A DNA stretch of 63,416 bases, filler included, from Ministeria vibrans ATCC 50519 (lineage: Eukaryota > Protista > Filasterea), in assembly GCA_943704425.1 (NCBI GenBank). It is 10 parts of 10 records of this genome, joined end to end, with 100 filler letters (N's around TTAATTAATTAA, not from the genome) between each part and the next. Parts side by side here need not be neighbours in the genome. Positions count along the whole stretch, not along the records: positions 35,569 to 54,133 come from CALSCP010000607.1; 9 more parts are not named here. One strand, written 5' to 3'. A program made the position numbers and the translations under genes. The stretch's first letter is position 1, and the number at the start of each line of letters is the position of its first letter. Positions 36,235 through 48,812 of this stretch are shown here, in pieces. The notes below the pieces were generated by a model that did no database searches, was not told the origin of the DNA, and saw nothing but the letters and a program-made list of their open reading frames with translations.

Positions 36235-38062
36235 TCTGACGACTCGAGTGGATCATTTACGTACTCCATCACGGGCGGCACTGGCTCGGCGATCTTTTCC
36301 ATTGATGGTTCGAGTGTGCGCACCGTTTCCCTGCTTGATTTTGAGGTAATCAATTGATGGAAACGCAAATGCGCGAACTGTACTAATTGTGTGTATGCGT
36401 GTGTTATTGCAGACCACTTCGTCGTACACAATCATCGTCAAGTCAACTGATTCTGGGGGACTCTTTTACTCGAAGACACTTACGATTTCTGTGACTGGTA
36501 AAGGAAACTTTTCTGTGTCGTCAACATGATTCATTCTAATTTTTCATTATTACTGAATCTCAGATGTGAACGAGCCAGGCACTGCGTTATCACTCACTTC
36601 CAGTGCTGACGGCTCTGACATTGATCTTTCGTCGGTGTACATTCTGGCGTATTCCAAGTCGCCTAACAGTGCCATTGGACAGGTAACCAAAAAAAAAAAG
36701 TGAATTTGGAAAGTAGTGAGCGTTATTCTCATCTGAACTTGACCACGTTTGTTAGTTGGGTGTTGTCAACGATCCCGAGTCGTCAGTCTACACGTGTTCG
36801 ATTCTCTCAGGTGCTGGTTCACCTGCTGTGTTTAGCGTTGGCGCCAACAACGTTCTGACGTACAACAATGTGTCGCGGGTGCTCCCGCGCTCGTATTCGC
36901 TACAGCTGTCATGCACTGATTCGGTCAACACGCTTACCAAAGTGTTTGGAGTGTTCTTGCCCTCCGCCGGACAGTCGCTCACAACATCGGTGACCCTGGA
37001 CACGGCAACCTTTGTGTTGAGCACCTGGCTGCAGGAATTTGCCACTGTCATGAACATTGACTTTAGTCGACTGACCGTACGTCTCAATTATTTGCTCAAA
37101 TTATTATTCATATTACTTATTTGCAATCATTATTAATTCATTACTATTATTATTCATTTACATCAAATTATTTATTTAGGCAACCTTCAATGGGGTTACG
37201 GTGCCGACGCCATCAGGGCGACGGCGTGCGAATACCGCAGGCAATAACATTGATATCCACATTGGAGACATCCCGACTGAGTCGGGCTCAGCGGCTGGCT
37301 CGCGCGTCGTGAACATTGTGGGCAACGGACCGCCGTCGGCCGATGTGCTTCATATTGACTCGTAAGAAAGACAAAGAGAGGGGAGAGAAAGAAACAAAGT
37401 GATGGAGTCAGAAACAGAGTCGGGGGAGAGACGCCAGTTTGTGCAACGATTTATTGTATTGCTTTTTTTTTTTGTAGGGTGACCATGAGTGGCCAAACGA
37501 CCGAGTTTGGTGGGTCGCCCACCTCAAGTGGATGTAAGTGTTTTAAATAAGAATAATAATAAAAAAAATAATATGTTTTTCCTTTTGTAGCGACCTCGAG
37601 TGCCACCTCGACGACTATCGGCATTGCTGTGGGGGCTGTGGGAGTGATTTTGCTGATCGTTGTTGCGGGTGTGGTCTATGTTAGGTACGTGGGTGTATAA
37701 TTCTATGCTCAGCGAGCTCAATGATCAAGAATATTAATTTTGTATTGATGTGTGTGTGTAGGCATTCACGTTCGTCGCGCAAGAGCAATGTTCAACAGGC
37801 GTTCCGCGACAGCGAAGGACTCACCCAGGAGGTTCTTGCGGCTGCGGAGATGTTGGGCATGTACCGATCGCAAGACTCGCGAGTGAGTGCGTTTGGTGGC
37901 TTGGGCGACGATTTCTCGGTTTCGGTCGATCGCATGCCCGATGGCACCGAGGTGGAGGTGCCCGACTTCAAGAACCCCGTTTTTGAAGGTGCCTCGGATG
38001 CCGACGATTCGCTTGACCACCTCTACAACAACCTGAACTTTGATTCAGGAAGCACGAACTGA
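36235..38062 (+). CDS. Cadherin-domain single-pass membrane protein, 3' part
   Basis: FTYSITGGTGSAIFSIDGSSVRTVSLLDFE|TTSSYTIIVKSTDSGG..ISVT|DVNEP; TM segment IGIAVGAVGVILLIVVAGVVYVR; tail ..DFKNPVFEG..LYNNLNF. Confidence 0.85.
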
Positions 38063-38119
38063 AACCGGCAAGAGAGGAGAGGGAGAGGGAGAGAGACAAC
38101 GAGTCAGAGAGACAGTCAG

Positions 38120-38690
38120 TGAACATTTGAAATGCACGAAAAGTTATAGAAACGAATATTACGCTCGCCCTTTTTACATTATATCGGATACGAGATATTT
38201 TGAGAGAGATATTGAAGATATTTTGGAGTGAATATCTTCACGCGTGACGTTGACGTTGCTGTGGTGGTACCGCCGACCTTCAAATCCACCTTGACTCAAG
38301 AACGCTACCACGAAAACCGTCCCCTCTCCCGAGTAGTCTATTGGATGTCTCACGGCGTCCCCACTATCTTCGTGGGGAGTCCGTCGTACCGCGAGGAATG
38401 GATGCCCTCAATCTGACGCGCGAGCTTTTTTTTCGTCGAGACACCAGATGAGCTTGAGCGCAGTCTGACGCGTCTCATGCTTGACCCGCAGCTGCGCCAT
38501 CACATCTCGACCACCTTTCTTGCAGCTTCTTCTCGCTTCTCTTTTTCTGCTCTCGCCAACGTCTACCCTTCGTCTACCCCCCTGCTCTTTGCACTCTTGT
38601 TCACAGTTCTACGAACGTTTTGGTCAATTTGTAAATACAATAATACATTATTCGCAATGTTCAGCAAGGAGAAGAAAGGAAAGTAACTCA
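38120..38690 (+). pseudogene. GT-B (GT4-like) glycosyltransferase C-terminal fragment with a disrupted frame
   Basis: DVDVAVVVP..ENRPLSRVVYWMSHGVPTI..SYRE then TGA at 38414, followed by FFVETPDELERSLTRLMLDPQLR. Confidence 0.45.
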
Positions 38691-38722
38691 CGTGACTTGT
38701 GTGGTATCGGGATTATTAAGTT

Positions 38723-40187
38723 CTATTCAATGGGCATCGTCTCGTCGTCCTTACGCGCAAGATTTTTGAGGTGCGCCAATAGAGCGCGCTGCACTCGCGA
38801 AAGCGCCCCTCCTGGATTCTTACGCGTCGCAAAACTTGCAAGCGTCGCGCACGGCGCACACGTCGTCCTTACACCGCGCACCAATCTTGCTTTGCTGACG
38901 CTGTTGACACAATTGTTGGAGCGCATATACTCTCGTGGATATTCCTTCCCATCCCAGTCGATGAGGTTGTCCGCAACGCACAATAAGAACGTAAAACTGC
39001 CCGCCCTGTCGGAAAATGCGTGCGAGAGGAGCGCACGTCCCTCGTCGCCCTTGTAGTCGTGAAGAGCAACCCGCAGCTGAGCACCGTCGGCTCCCTTGCA
39101 AACTTGTTCAAGCGACACGCCCAGGCAACGCTGCTCGTCCGGCTTCGTCATTGCCGTTGACATGGTCCGTGGCAAAGGTGATGATGCTGTTGCACTCGAA
39201 TCTGCCGCTGCTGAAGCTGTCGATGATGTTGACGTCGGAGATTTTGCTCCAGCAAAGTAGCTGGAGAACAGCTGCTGTTGCTGCTGAAGCGCCTTGTTTG
39301 GTTTTTCTTCGTGCTTTCCTTCACAGTGTCGCTTGACGCGACCCAGCGCGAGTGCGTGTTGCCCGCCGTGCCGATTTGCATGGAACTTTTGGGCGCACTC
39401 GCCACAGGTGATGTAGACGGAGTCGGCAGTGACAGTGACGGTCGGGGCCCGCACACAGCAGCCCGCGAGCAGTCGTGCGAGGTGATCCAGCAGATCTTGC
39501 TGAAGGAGCTGCCGCTCGTGCGTATCGTCCTCGTCGTCGTCCTCCATGTGGTCCGATTCATGCTCATCAATGAGGATGACGGGCCCATCGAGCAACTCCC
39601 CCTGCTCGACACCGCTGCCGGTGCTGCTCGGCGACATCATCGGCGCCACATCGCCCTCGCCACTGGGGCTCACGTTGCCGCCAGTGCCTCCGTCGCCATC
39701 GTCACTGGCGGCTGAGTCGCATGGTCGCTTCGGCTCTTGCGCGTCGTCGGGTTCGGGTTCGGTGTCGGATTTTCGTTTTCGCCCGACGACACAGTCGATC
39801 TCTTGTAGCGCGAAAATCAGCGAGAGCGCAGGTACCTGCAGCTCCATGCACCCAGATAACCAACGATGGACTGTCGTAGTGTTGATTGCAGTGAGGGAGA
39901 CCTTGCGTGCGGGCGGTGGAACCGTGAGAAACACAGCCTTAATCTTTGCACGCTCGCCGTGCTCCCGTTGCACAATATCGGAAAGGTCCTCCAGGGCGTG
40001 CTCCGGTCGTATCGTCTCCTCAAGGACACCTGTATGACCTCACAGGGCATCAATGCCTGTACGGAGGGAACCATCGTCAGTTAGCCCGAAATAGTAGATT
40101 TTGCTTTGTTCTTACCAGCACTGCCAGCAGAAGGCTCATATCTGAGCTCCAAGAGCACGTTCACATAGGTTGAATCACTATCCCGCG
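38723..40187 (-). CDS. Unknown protein with a BED/C2H2-like zinc finger, possibly transposon-derived
   Basis: 416-aa open frame with CGEC..(x)..KRHCEGKH, a KRK NLS-like motif and a second Cys cluster (CLG..C..CAPC); probable short first exon at ~40113-40187. Confidence 0.5.
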
Positions 40188-41141
40188 ACATTTGCGAAGA
40201 AAGAAACACCTTTAACATTTATCATCCCAAGGATGCTGATCCAAAAGCAAAAATTTATGATCAAGAAATCGAACGTTTAATATTCGTAAAAACGTTAGAC
40301 GCAGTCTTTTTTTACTGCATGAACGGCTCCATTGCTCTTAGGGACTCAGTTATGAGTTAGGCACCACTGAAGGCAATATGGAGGCCATGTAGCGGTTTTT
40401 TGTTCGGTAGTAGAAAGTGACCGAAGTCAGAAAAATTGTTGGTTGTTGGTAATATGAACATTGTGACTTTGCCGAAGTTACCCAAAAACATAGAGAGTTG
40501 TGGCCCCTTCGGGCATCCACCGCGTTCGGCATGCATGGTGGTCACATACTTGGTAGTCTCAATTTATATATTTGTTTGTTTGTGTCTATGTCTTATGTGT
40601 TGTGTGTGTGTCGAAGTCGTATATATATATAATATAATTATAATTATTACTGCCACTGCTCTCCCATGATACCTCTAGAGTTTCGGTCGAGTTTGCAAGG
40701 CGGTCTGGCTGTGTCTTCGCGTGGTGACTGTATCATTAATAAATGGGTTGTATTCTTCTTCTTTCTTCTTTAATTATTATAAGTGTGTGTGTTGTGTGTG
40801 TGTGTGTGTGTGTGTCTATGTGTTGTGTGTGTGTGTGTGTTGTCACTGTTGTGTATGCGTGTGTATGTAGACTGAGTGTGTGTGATGAAATGCGGGAGGC
40901 TCTTGATATGAGGAGAAGGTGAGGAATATAATTATATTACTTTCCCCTTTTACGTCGGACACTGACCGCTCATAGTAGAAAAATGTACTGTCAGTCTGTC
41001 AGTCGCTCATTGACTATTGAGTGAGTTCCTGTAACTTGTAACTTGTAAGTTCAAAGTTGTGAGTTGTGGCAAAAGCGACAACTCATCAGTCGACTACTCG
41101 ACTTGACGACTTCTCTCAAAAATTTATTTCTTTTCTTTTAA

Positions 41142-44100
41142 ATGTCGACCAAGGAAAACCACTCCAATGATGTGGTGGTGTCACCAGGAAACGTGGACAA
41201 AAAGAAGTACAACGCTCTGATTGTAACGGCGCGGGAATTTGAATCGGTTCGGCAAACCAATGAATTTGAATTTTCCTGAAATAGGGATTTGAACTCTCTT
41301 TGAGAGATTCAACCGCTTGATGTTATGATGTGCATGTATTTTATTGTGAAAATGTGGGATTTGACGAAGCAGCGTGTGTTGTATGTTGTTTTTTTTTTCA
41401 GGCGAAAGAGTACTCAGATGCAATTCGAATTTACGAACGCGCCACGACGCTGTTTGCGCATCCGAAGGTCCTTGTGAAGCTGGAGAAGCTGCGAAAGGTA
41501 ACTAGTTGTAGATTAAGAGACTACACTGTGTTGGTTTGGAAGTCTCAGACGATGCGTAGAAGACGGCAGCGACGACGGCAGAGTGCGCCAAGGCGAGCAC
41601 TGTCGCCACGACAACTGCTGCCGCCTCAGTCGCCACGAAAGCCTCGGTTGCTACGGCGCATTTAGTGACGACGAAGGAGGCGGCAGCAAATGGCGGCCAA
41701 CCGACAGACAGTGGAGAAGTGCAGTGCGGCAACGGGTGGGTGCGCTTTCCGGATGGGAGTTACGGTGTTGCAGACGACGAAGAGGACGGAGCGTTTGCAC
41801 TGCCTGGCGAGACATATAACAAGCTGTACGACCATCAGCGTGCGGGTATTTTGTGGATGCACAGTCTGCATCTTCAAGGGGCTGGCATTGGTGGGATCCT
41901 CGCCGACGACATGGGCTTGGGAAAGGTATCATTGTGGAGTAGGAAGTGTCGCTTCTGTTGTTGACACGGTGTTTGCTGCAGACCATTCAAGTGAGTGCAT
42001 TTTTGGAGGGAGTCCTCGCGACCGGCATGGCACGCACGGCACTGCTTGTGTTGCCACTGTCTGTGGTGCCCAATTGGGGGCGTGAGCTGGGCAAGTGGGC
42101 CCCGGGCATCCCAGTGCGTGTCTTTCACGACATCAGCAACAAGAATGCAGAGGCGATGTTGGCACAGACACGATCGACCGGGGGCATTGTGCTGACCACC
42201 TATGGCATGCTGGTGTCGATCAGGCGCAAGGAGCAGCTGCATACAGTCGAGTGGGACTACGTCGTGCTAGACGAGGGTCACAAGATCAAGAATCCCGCGT
42301 GCAAGGTGAGCAAGTCGCTGCGTGAACTTCCGGCTAAGCACCGTCTGCTGCTCACGGGCACTCCCGTCCAAAACAACCTCGGCGAAATGTGGGCACTCTA
42401 CGACTTTTGCATGGATGGCGTGCTCTTTGGCACGAAACTACAATTCCAGCGTCGCTATGCGTCACACATCATTCTCGCAAGCGATCGTCTTGCAACGCAA
42501 GAAGAACGCGAGCGCGGTGCAGCCGTGGCTGCCGAACTTCGACATGTCATTGCTCCTTACTTTCTGCGCCGCGAGAAGCAGGAAGTGCTGAGTATCACGC
42601 CGGCAAGTTCGCGAGTGCGCAAGGTGCGCTCAAAGTGGGATCTAGCAAAGGGAGTGGACGACGACGGCGGGGACGAGGAGGAAGAGGACGATGGCGGGCC
42701 TCCTGCTTCACCCTCGATGGCCCTCTTGCGGCAGCCCACGACATCACCCTCGCTCGCACGCACCACGGTCACCACAACGACGACGACGACGACATCGCTC
42801 ACTCGCAAAAACGATCTCATCGTGTGGATTCCGCTGACGGCACTGCAAAAGCAACTGTACCAAGACTTTGTGAACTCGGAGGATGTGCAGACATTGCTAT
42901 ACAACTCGGGCAGTCCCCTTGTGGCCCTGATTGTGCTCAAAAAGCTGTGCGATCATCCCCGTTTGGTGGCACGCAGTGCGCAGTTTTACGCAGCCATTGA
43001 CCAGATTGCGCAGCGTCAGGAGCCCGTGCCAAGCGACGCGCTTGAGAGTGGCAATGCAAGCATAGCGACGACGATGGAAGCTGCTGGCGCTACTTGTGCT
43101 GCTACAGACGGCGCGGATCTAGATTTGGATGAGGGCAGTGAGGTGGCGCAGCTCGCAGCCGAGGTGCCAAACAAGCAGGACCTGAAAGTGACGCTGGAGT
43201 TTTTCAAGCGTCTTGAATCAAAGGAGGGACCCGCATCGTTAGGCGAAGTCATTGCCGAGTCGGTCAAGATGATCTTTTTGGTGAAACTGATGGAGAACCT
43301 GCATGCCGAGGGACATCGGGTACTCTTCTTCAGTCAAAGTCGCAAGATGCTCGATGTGGTCGAAGCGGTACTGCTGGAGCGCAACTACGGCATGGTGCGC
43401 ATCGATGGCCGTGTCAAGGTGGGTGAGCGCGAGCGACTTGTGCAGGCCTTCAACAACGAACCCGAGACGTACTTTTGCTGTTTGCTGACAGTACAAGTCG
43501 GTGGCGTGGGCCTGACGCTGACAGGCGCCGACCGCGTCATCATCTACGATCCAAGCTGGAACCCCGCAACGGACAACCAGGCGGTGGACCGTGCCTATCG
43601 CATTGGCCAAACGCGCGACGTGACCGTGTACCGTCTCATCACTTGCGGCACTGTCGAGGAGAAAATCTACCGACGTCAAGTGTTCAAGTCGGCGCTCTCA
43701 CGTGCGGCCACCAACCAGTGCGATCCGCTGCGCTACTTTAGCAAGCAGGAGTTGCGCGAGTTGTTCATTCTGGACGACACCCATCAGTCAAAGACGCAGC
43801 AGCAGCTGAGTGAGTTGCACTCGTCCAGGCGTGCCACCGATAAGCACCTTGAAGCGCACATTGCGTACCTGCAGACACTGGGCATTGTTGGCCTGAGCGA
43901 TCACGACCTGCTCTTTAGCGAAGCGGGCGTCTCGGCGCTGGCCGAGGGCGACCGACGCGAACGTGAAGCGCAGCGTATCAAGCTTCCGCCGTCCATTCAG
44001 CGTGCCATTACTCTGGTGCAAAAGGCAGAGGGAGAAGAGGGGAAGGACGAGAGGGGGGATAATGCACCAACACGGAGAGTACAGGTGAGTGTGGCGGAGA

Positions 44101-44197
44101 CGACTGAAGACTGCCACACTAGCACCGCTATTAGCGATTACGAGAAGCTGCTGGAGACGATCAGGTGAGCACTATATATTACAGGATAGTAATCATT

Positions 44198-44228
<31 letters not shown>

Positions 44229-44428
44229 ATTTTTTGTTGAAAATTTTTCATATTCTTTTTATCAATTATTTTGGCACTCAACATAAATGTTTTCGTTTTG
44301 GCAGGACAAGTGAGCGCACCGAAGACGTACTAGAAGCGTGTTTGGCAGCTCTTCGGCTTGACGACAGTGATACGGCACTTCACTTACTAGCATATCGATG
44401 CGGATCAGAGTTGTTTGCGGAGTCGTAG
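41142..44428 (+). CDS. ERCC6L: SNF2-family translocase ERCC6L/PICH
   Basis: N-terminal TPR-like exons, GGILADDMGLGK|T, WDYVVLDEGHKIKN, LLTGTPVQNNL, DPSWNPATDNQAVDRAYRIGQ, PICH-type RYFSKQELRELF and GLSDHDLLF; C-terminal TPR-like exon. Confidence 0.9.
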
Positions 44429-44643
44429 GGTAGATTGATTTATTGATTTAAGAAAGGAGTGTAAACATTAATATTGATAATAATTTCAAATCGCAAAACG
44501 TTATTCTTCAAGAGTTCAACAAATCAATACTATCATTTTCATTCTTTTTTTTTCGAATTCTGCCAAGAGACAGGATTTTGTCAAAGACGTGGTGTTGAAT
44601 CGAATCGACGCTACGGTGGTTTGGAGTTGGAGTCAAGTTCACT

Positions 44644-44799
44644 ATGAAGCGCGCGTATCCCTTTGAGAATCCCGTCGACCAGGCGCAGCGGCAGCAGCAG
44701 TACGCCGCACACTTGCAGCAGCAAGCCCAACAACAACAGCAGAGCAGTGTAGCGAAGAAGGCAAAGCCCGACAAAGCCGTTGCCAAGATCCTCGCAAAG
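44644..44799 (+). CDS. First exon of an unidentified Q-rich gene, truncated
   Basis: MKRAYPFENPVDQAQRQQQ...KILAK, then a GTAAC donor running into poly-T. Confidence 0.5.
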
Positions 44800-45562
44800 G
44801 TAACGTCTTTTTTTTTTTTTTTTTTTTTTTTTCAAAAAAGGACTAAAAAACCGAGAGTGGGGATGAAGAGGTCGTCAGAGTCACTTACCATGTCGGGAGA
44901 CAAGCCCTAACAGTTTAGCTCCCTTGCTCTTCTGTTGTGGCCTGCAAATGACAATACGACAAAAGTCATTAGTATTTTTTTTTCTGTGTCTTTATGTTTT
45001 CGCATCATGCAAAAACAAGAAGAGACTGGCAGGACGAGCGCCGACGGGGATCCAAAGGGGACACTTGGGAGTAGAATGGGAGCGTCGTTTGCATGCATCT
45101 TACGCAGACATGGAAACCCTGCAGGAAAAAAAAAAAGAGAAAAAAGGGCAACGTCAGCACTGCTCAAAACACACCATTCGGACTGTCCTGGGGCGTACCG
45201 CGCGGAGGAGGACCCGAGGAGTTGCTTATTAAGTACACACAAGGGAACCGCTCGACAAAGAGAGGGGGGAGAGGGTATTTATTTGAATTTTTGATGAGAA
45301 TATTGATAGTGCTATGTCGAGATGGTCAGTTTTTGAATTTTCGAGGAGAGCTGAGATCGCTACAGTGCCAAGCTGTGACTTAGGTTCCGGTACGAGATTA
45401 GCTGTCAATCTGTCACAGTGTCGTTAGCATTGAGCGGTGCCCGTATGTACGTACGGATCACTGTAAAATAAAATCAATCAATAGTAGTCACGACTAACTC
45501 AACTTGACTCACTTGTCAGTTTGTTTTCTTTTCTTTCGACGTAATACGCTTCTAAATTTCCC

Positions 45563-46753
45563 ATGAAGCGGTCTGCAAACGTCTTGGGGGACGGCGAAGC
45601 GGATGAGGCTGCAAACGAGCGAGCCGCGTCACGTTCGCGTCTGGGCAACATGTCGACCCTTTCACCGGCACAACAGGCGCAAGCGGCTCTTCTTTCGGGT
45701 CTCCCGCTGATGAGTACACAGCCTGAAGCAATGGGTCACTCGTCAGTCGGTATGTATCTGTCCCTTTTTCTTCCTGCAACATAATACCATTAGAACTGAC
45801 GACGAGTTGTATTCTATTCTGACAGCGACACCTCACATTTCACACACTTTGCTGCGCGAGCACATTGTTCGACATGCCGCTCAGACGACTGCTGCCTCTA
45901 CTCCTACTCCCGCTGCTGTTGCTGCTGTTGCGGCTGCGGCTGCCCCCACCGCCACCAACACGGCTTCTGCTCCTCTGGCCTACGCGCCACGACCTGCTGC
46001 GGCACGCGCAACAGCAACCGCAACAACATCCGCCTCTCTTGCTCTCTACCAGCCGTCCACGCCGGTGCAGTCGGTATCTTGCCATGCCGGCGTACCTGCA
46101 CCTGCTCCCATCACGCCTGTTGTTCCATCCAACCTGGGGCCCATGCAAAGGTAGAAAAAGAATGGAGGTGGTTGTGCCTTACTGAGGCGTACACCACCTA
46201 TATTGCAGTACCTCTCCAGTAGCGACACTTCCCCGCGAGCCAAACACCGATCCTTTACAGTAACCCAACCAACCGAAGCAACAGGTTTTTATTTCATCTT
46301 GGTTCACTCTTCAGGGGCGCCGTGCAGAGTTACCTGAACGACCGCCAAAATATCTTTAAAGTGACCATTATGAGTGCGCGCGTCGCTCAGAAGTCCTACG
46401 GATCGGAGAAGCGGTTTTTTTGTCCACCGCCGTGCGTGTACTTTCACGGCGATGCTTGGACGGCGCATCTGCGTCTGCTGCGCGTCTTCATTGGCGTCGA
46501 CGACAACGGCGCCGACTTCCAGCCGCTGGCCCTTGAGCGCGATCGCCTTTGTGCCGCAAAGACACTCTTCATCAGCGATTCCGATGGCCGAAGGAATATC
46601 TCGTTGAAAGTCAAGGTATGGATCAGTGCAATCTGTGAGTGAGTGAGTGAGTGAGTGAGTGAGTGAGTGAGTGAGTGAGTGAGTGAGTGAGTGAGTGAGT
46701 GAGTGAGTGAGTGAGTGAGTGAGTGTGTGTGTGTCTGTGAGGATGCTCAAGTT

Positions 46754-46797
<44 letters not shown>

Positions 46798-48259
46798 GGT
46801 CTTCATCGATAAGGGCTTGGACTTTGGGACTTTTTTGTCGCAGCCCATCAAGGTCATTAGCAAACCAAGCAAGAAGAAGCAGAGCCTGAAAAATGTGGAA
46901 CGTACGAAATGAGAATAATTTCTGCGTACTAATAATAATAATGATTAATAATAATATTATTATTATAATTATAATAATAATAATTACACGCTTTATTAGT
47001 GTGTTTCAGTTCTGGCACTGAAATTGCGCTGTTCAACCGATTACGTTCACAAACGCTACACACGAAATATCTTGCAACAAGTGGCGTGGAAATGGTTCCC
47101 GAGTCACTTGCATGGGGCGCATTTGCAATCAATGCCATTGAGCGCAGTAAGACAGAGCAGATAGAGAGACGCACGAAGAGACATACATACAAACAGAGAG
47201 TGAATCTGTGTCTGCGCTTCAACTTTGGTGTGTGGTGTCATGCAGGAGAAACAGGTGGGGAATTCATCCAGTATGGAATGAAAGTGAAGTTGCGGTGCGC
47301 ACTGTCGGGCAAAGAGACAGCGCCTCTGATCATTCGAAAGGTCCCTTTACTACTCTATCGTTTTTTTTTATTCATTCCTTCCTTTCTCTTTCTAATTGTC
47401 ATGTTAGGTTGACAAGAAATCGGTTTTGCTCGATGCAGATGGTACGTGGAAAGCAAGAAAAAAAAGTGGAACCGAGTCACTCCACCTGTGTTCTCGCTTT
47501 CTCTTTATCACTTTATTTTTGTTCTTCCTCCTTTTCATTATTGCTTTGTGTTTTCCTTGTCCCTTTGTTTTCTTTCTCACTTTGTTTCTCGCTTTGTTTC
47601 TCTCCCCTCTTCTCTTTATCACTAATTTATCTTTCTCCATTCTTTTTATTACGTTGTTTCTTTCTCCCATTTTTCAACCCTTTGTTTCTTCTCTCTTCCT
47701 CCCTTTTGCTTCTCTCTCTATATGTGTTGCAGATCCAGTGTCTCAGCTGCACAAGGTGGGGCTGCATCTGGACGGACAGGCTGGTATGTACATGGGCATT
47801 GTGTCCGACACGGTCACGTCTATTCCTGCGTAAGTTTCTCCCACCACCACGTAGAGAGAGACCGACACACGCGCATTAAAATTTATTATACTATTGCGTT
47901 AGGCAAGCGGGTGAGACACGAAACGCTGAGATTGTCGACGAGACTGCTCTCTGGTCCATCATCAGTACAGGTACACATTACTTTCTTTCATCCCTCTTCG
48001 TTCTACGATCTTCCCTCTAACTCTCTCTCTCTCTCGTCTCCATCATTTTATTATTTTCTCTCTATCACTTTGTCTCTGTCTCTCTATCTCTTTGTTCTAG
48101 CGCGCATTGAATATGCGTTTCACATTCCAACGGGTCTCGCTTGTGCGCCTGTTACTCCCGTCCCTGTCGTTGATGCAATCAAAGTCCGCAATCGCACTCT
48201 GGTTGAAATCACTGGCCATAATCTCAGTGCACGTCTCACTGTAACAGCACAGAGAGAGA

Positions 48260-48314
<55 letters not shown>

Positions 48315-48495
48315 GGGAGAAAAAAACAAAGTGATAGAGAAAGGAGGGAGGAAGAAGCAAGAGTGATAGAAAAAGAGAGAAATCAGACATATTACTCAGT
48401 CGTGCGTTGGTTGTGCATAGGTCTTTTTTGATGACTGTCGCTCTGTCACAATGTACCGCTGTGCCGAACTAATACTGTGTCATCCTCCCTTGGTA

Positions 48496-48545
<50 letters not shown>

Positions 48546-48738
48546 TATAAAATTGTGTACTAGTAGTATTACTTTCTTTATTATTATTATAATTGACGTC
48601 TTGTCTATTTTGTAGTATGAGGAGCTGAGTGGGCAGCGCACCTGTACTGCGCCCCACCAAGCCCGCCTTTCCCTCGTGCGCAACGATGGCATCGTTTTCC
48701 CCACCACAGGCACCTATGTCTATGACAAGGACCCTTGA
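45563..48738 (+). CDS. RBPJ: CSL (CBF1/RBPJ, Su(H), LAG-1) transcription factor
   Basis: ARVAQKSYGSEKRFFCPPPCVY, AAKTLFISDSD, SQPIKVISKPSKKKQSLKN, ALFNRLRSQT (BTD) and PVTPVPVV..VEITGHN..MYRC (IPT). Confidence 0.93.
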
Positions 48739-48812
48739 ATCCTCTCTATTAATTTACTTTCTTCTTTCAACAATATATAAGTTAAATAAAGAAAATGATT
48801 GTAGGTTATGCA

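Noticed and set aside
39990-40060. Apparent in-frame TGA near the 5' end of the zinc-finger gene
   Set aside because: A downstream acceptor (catacag) in the same phase skips it.
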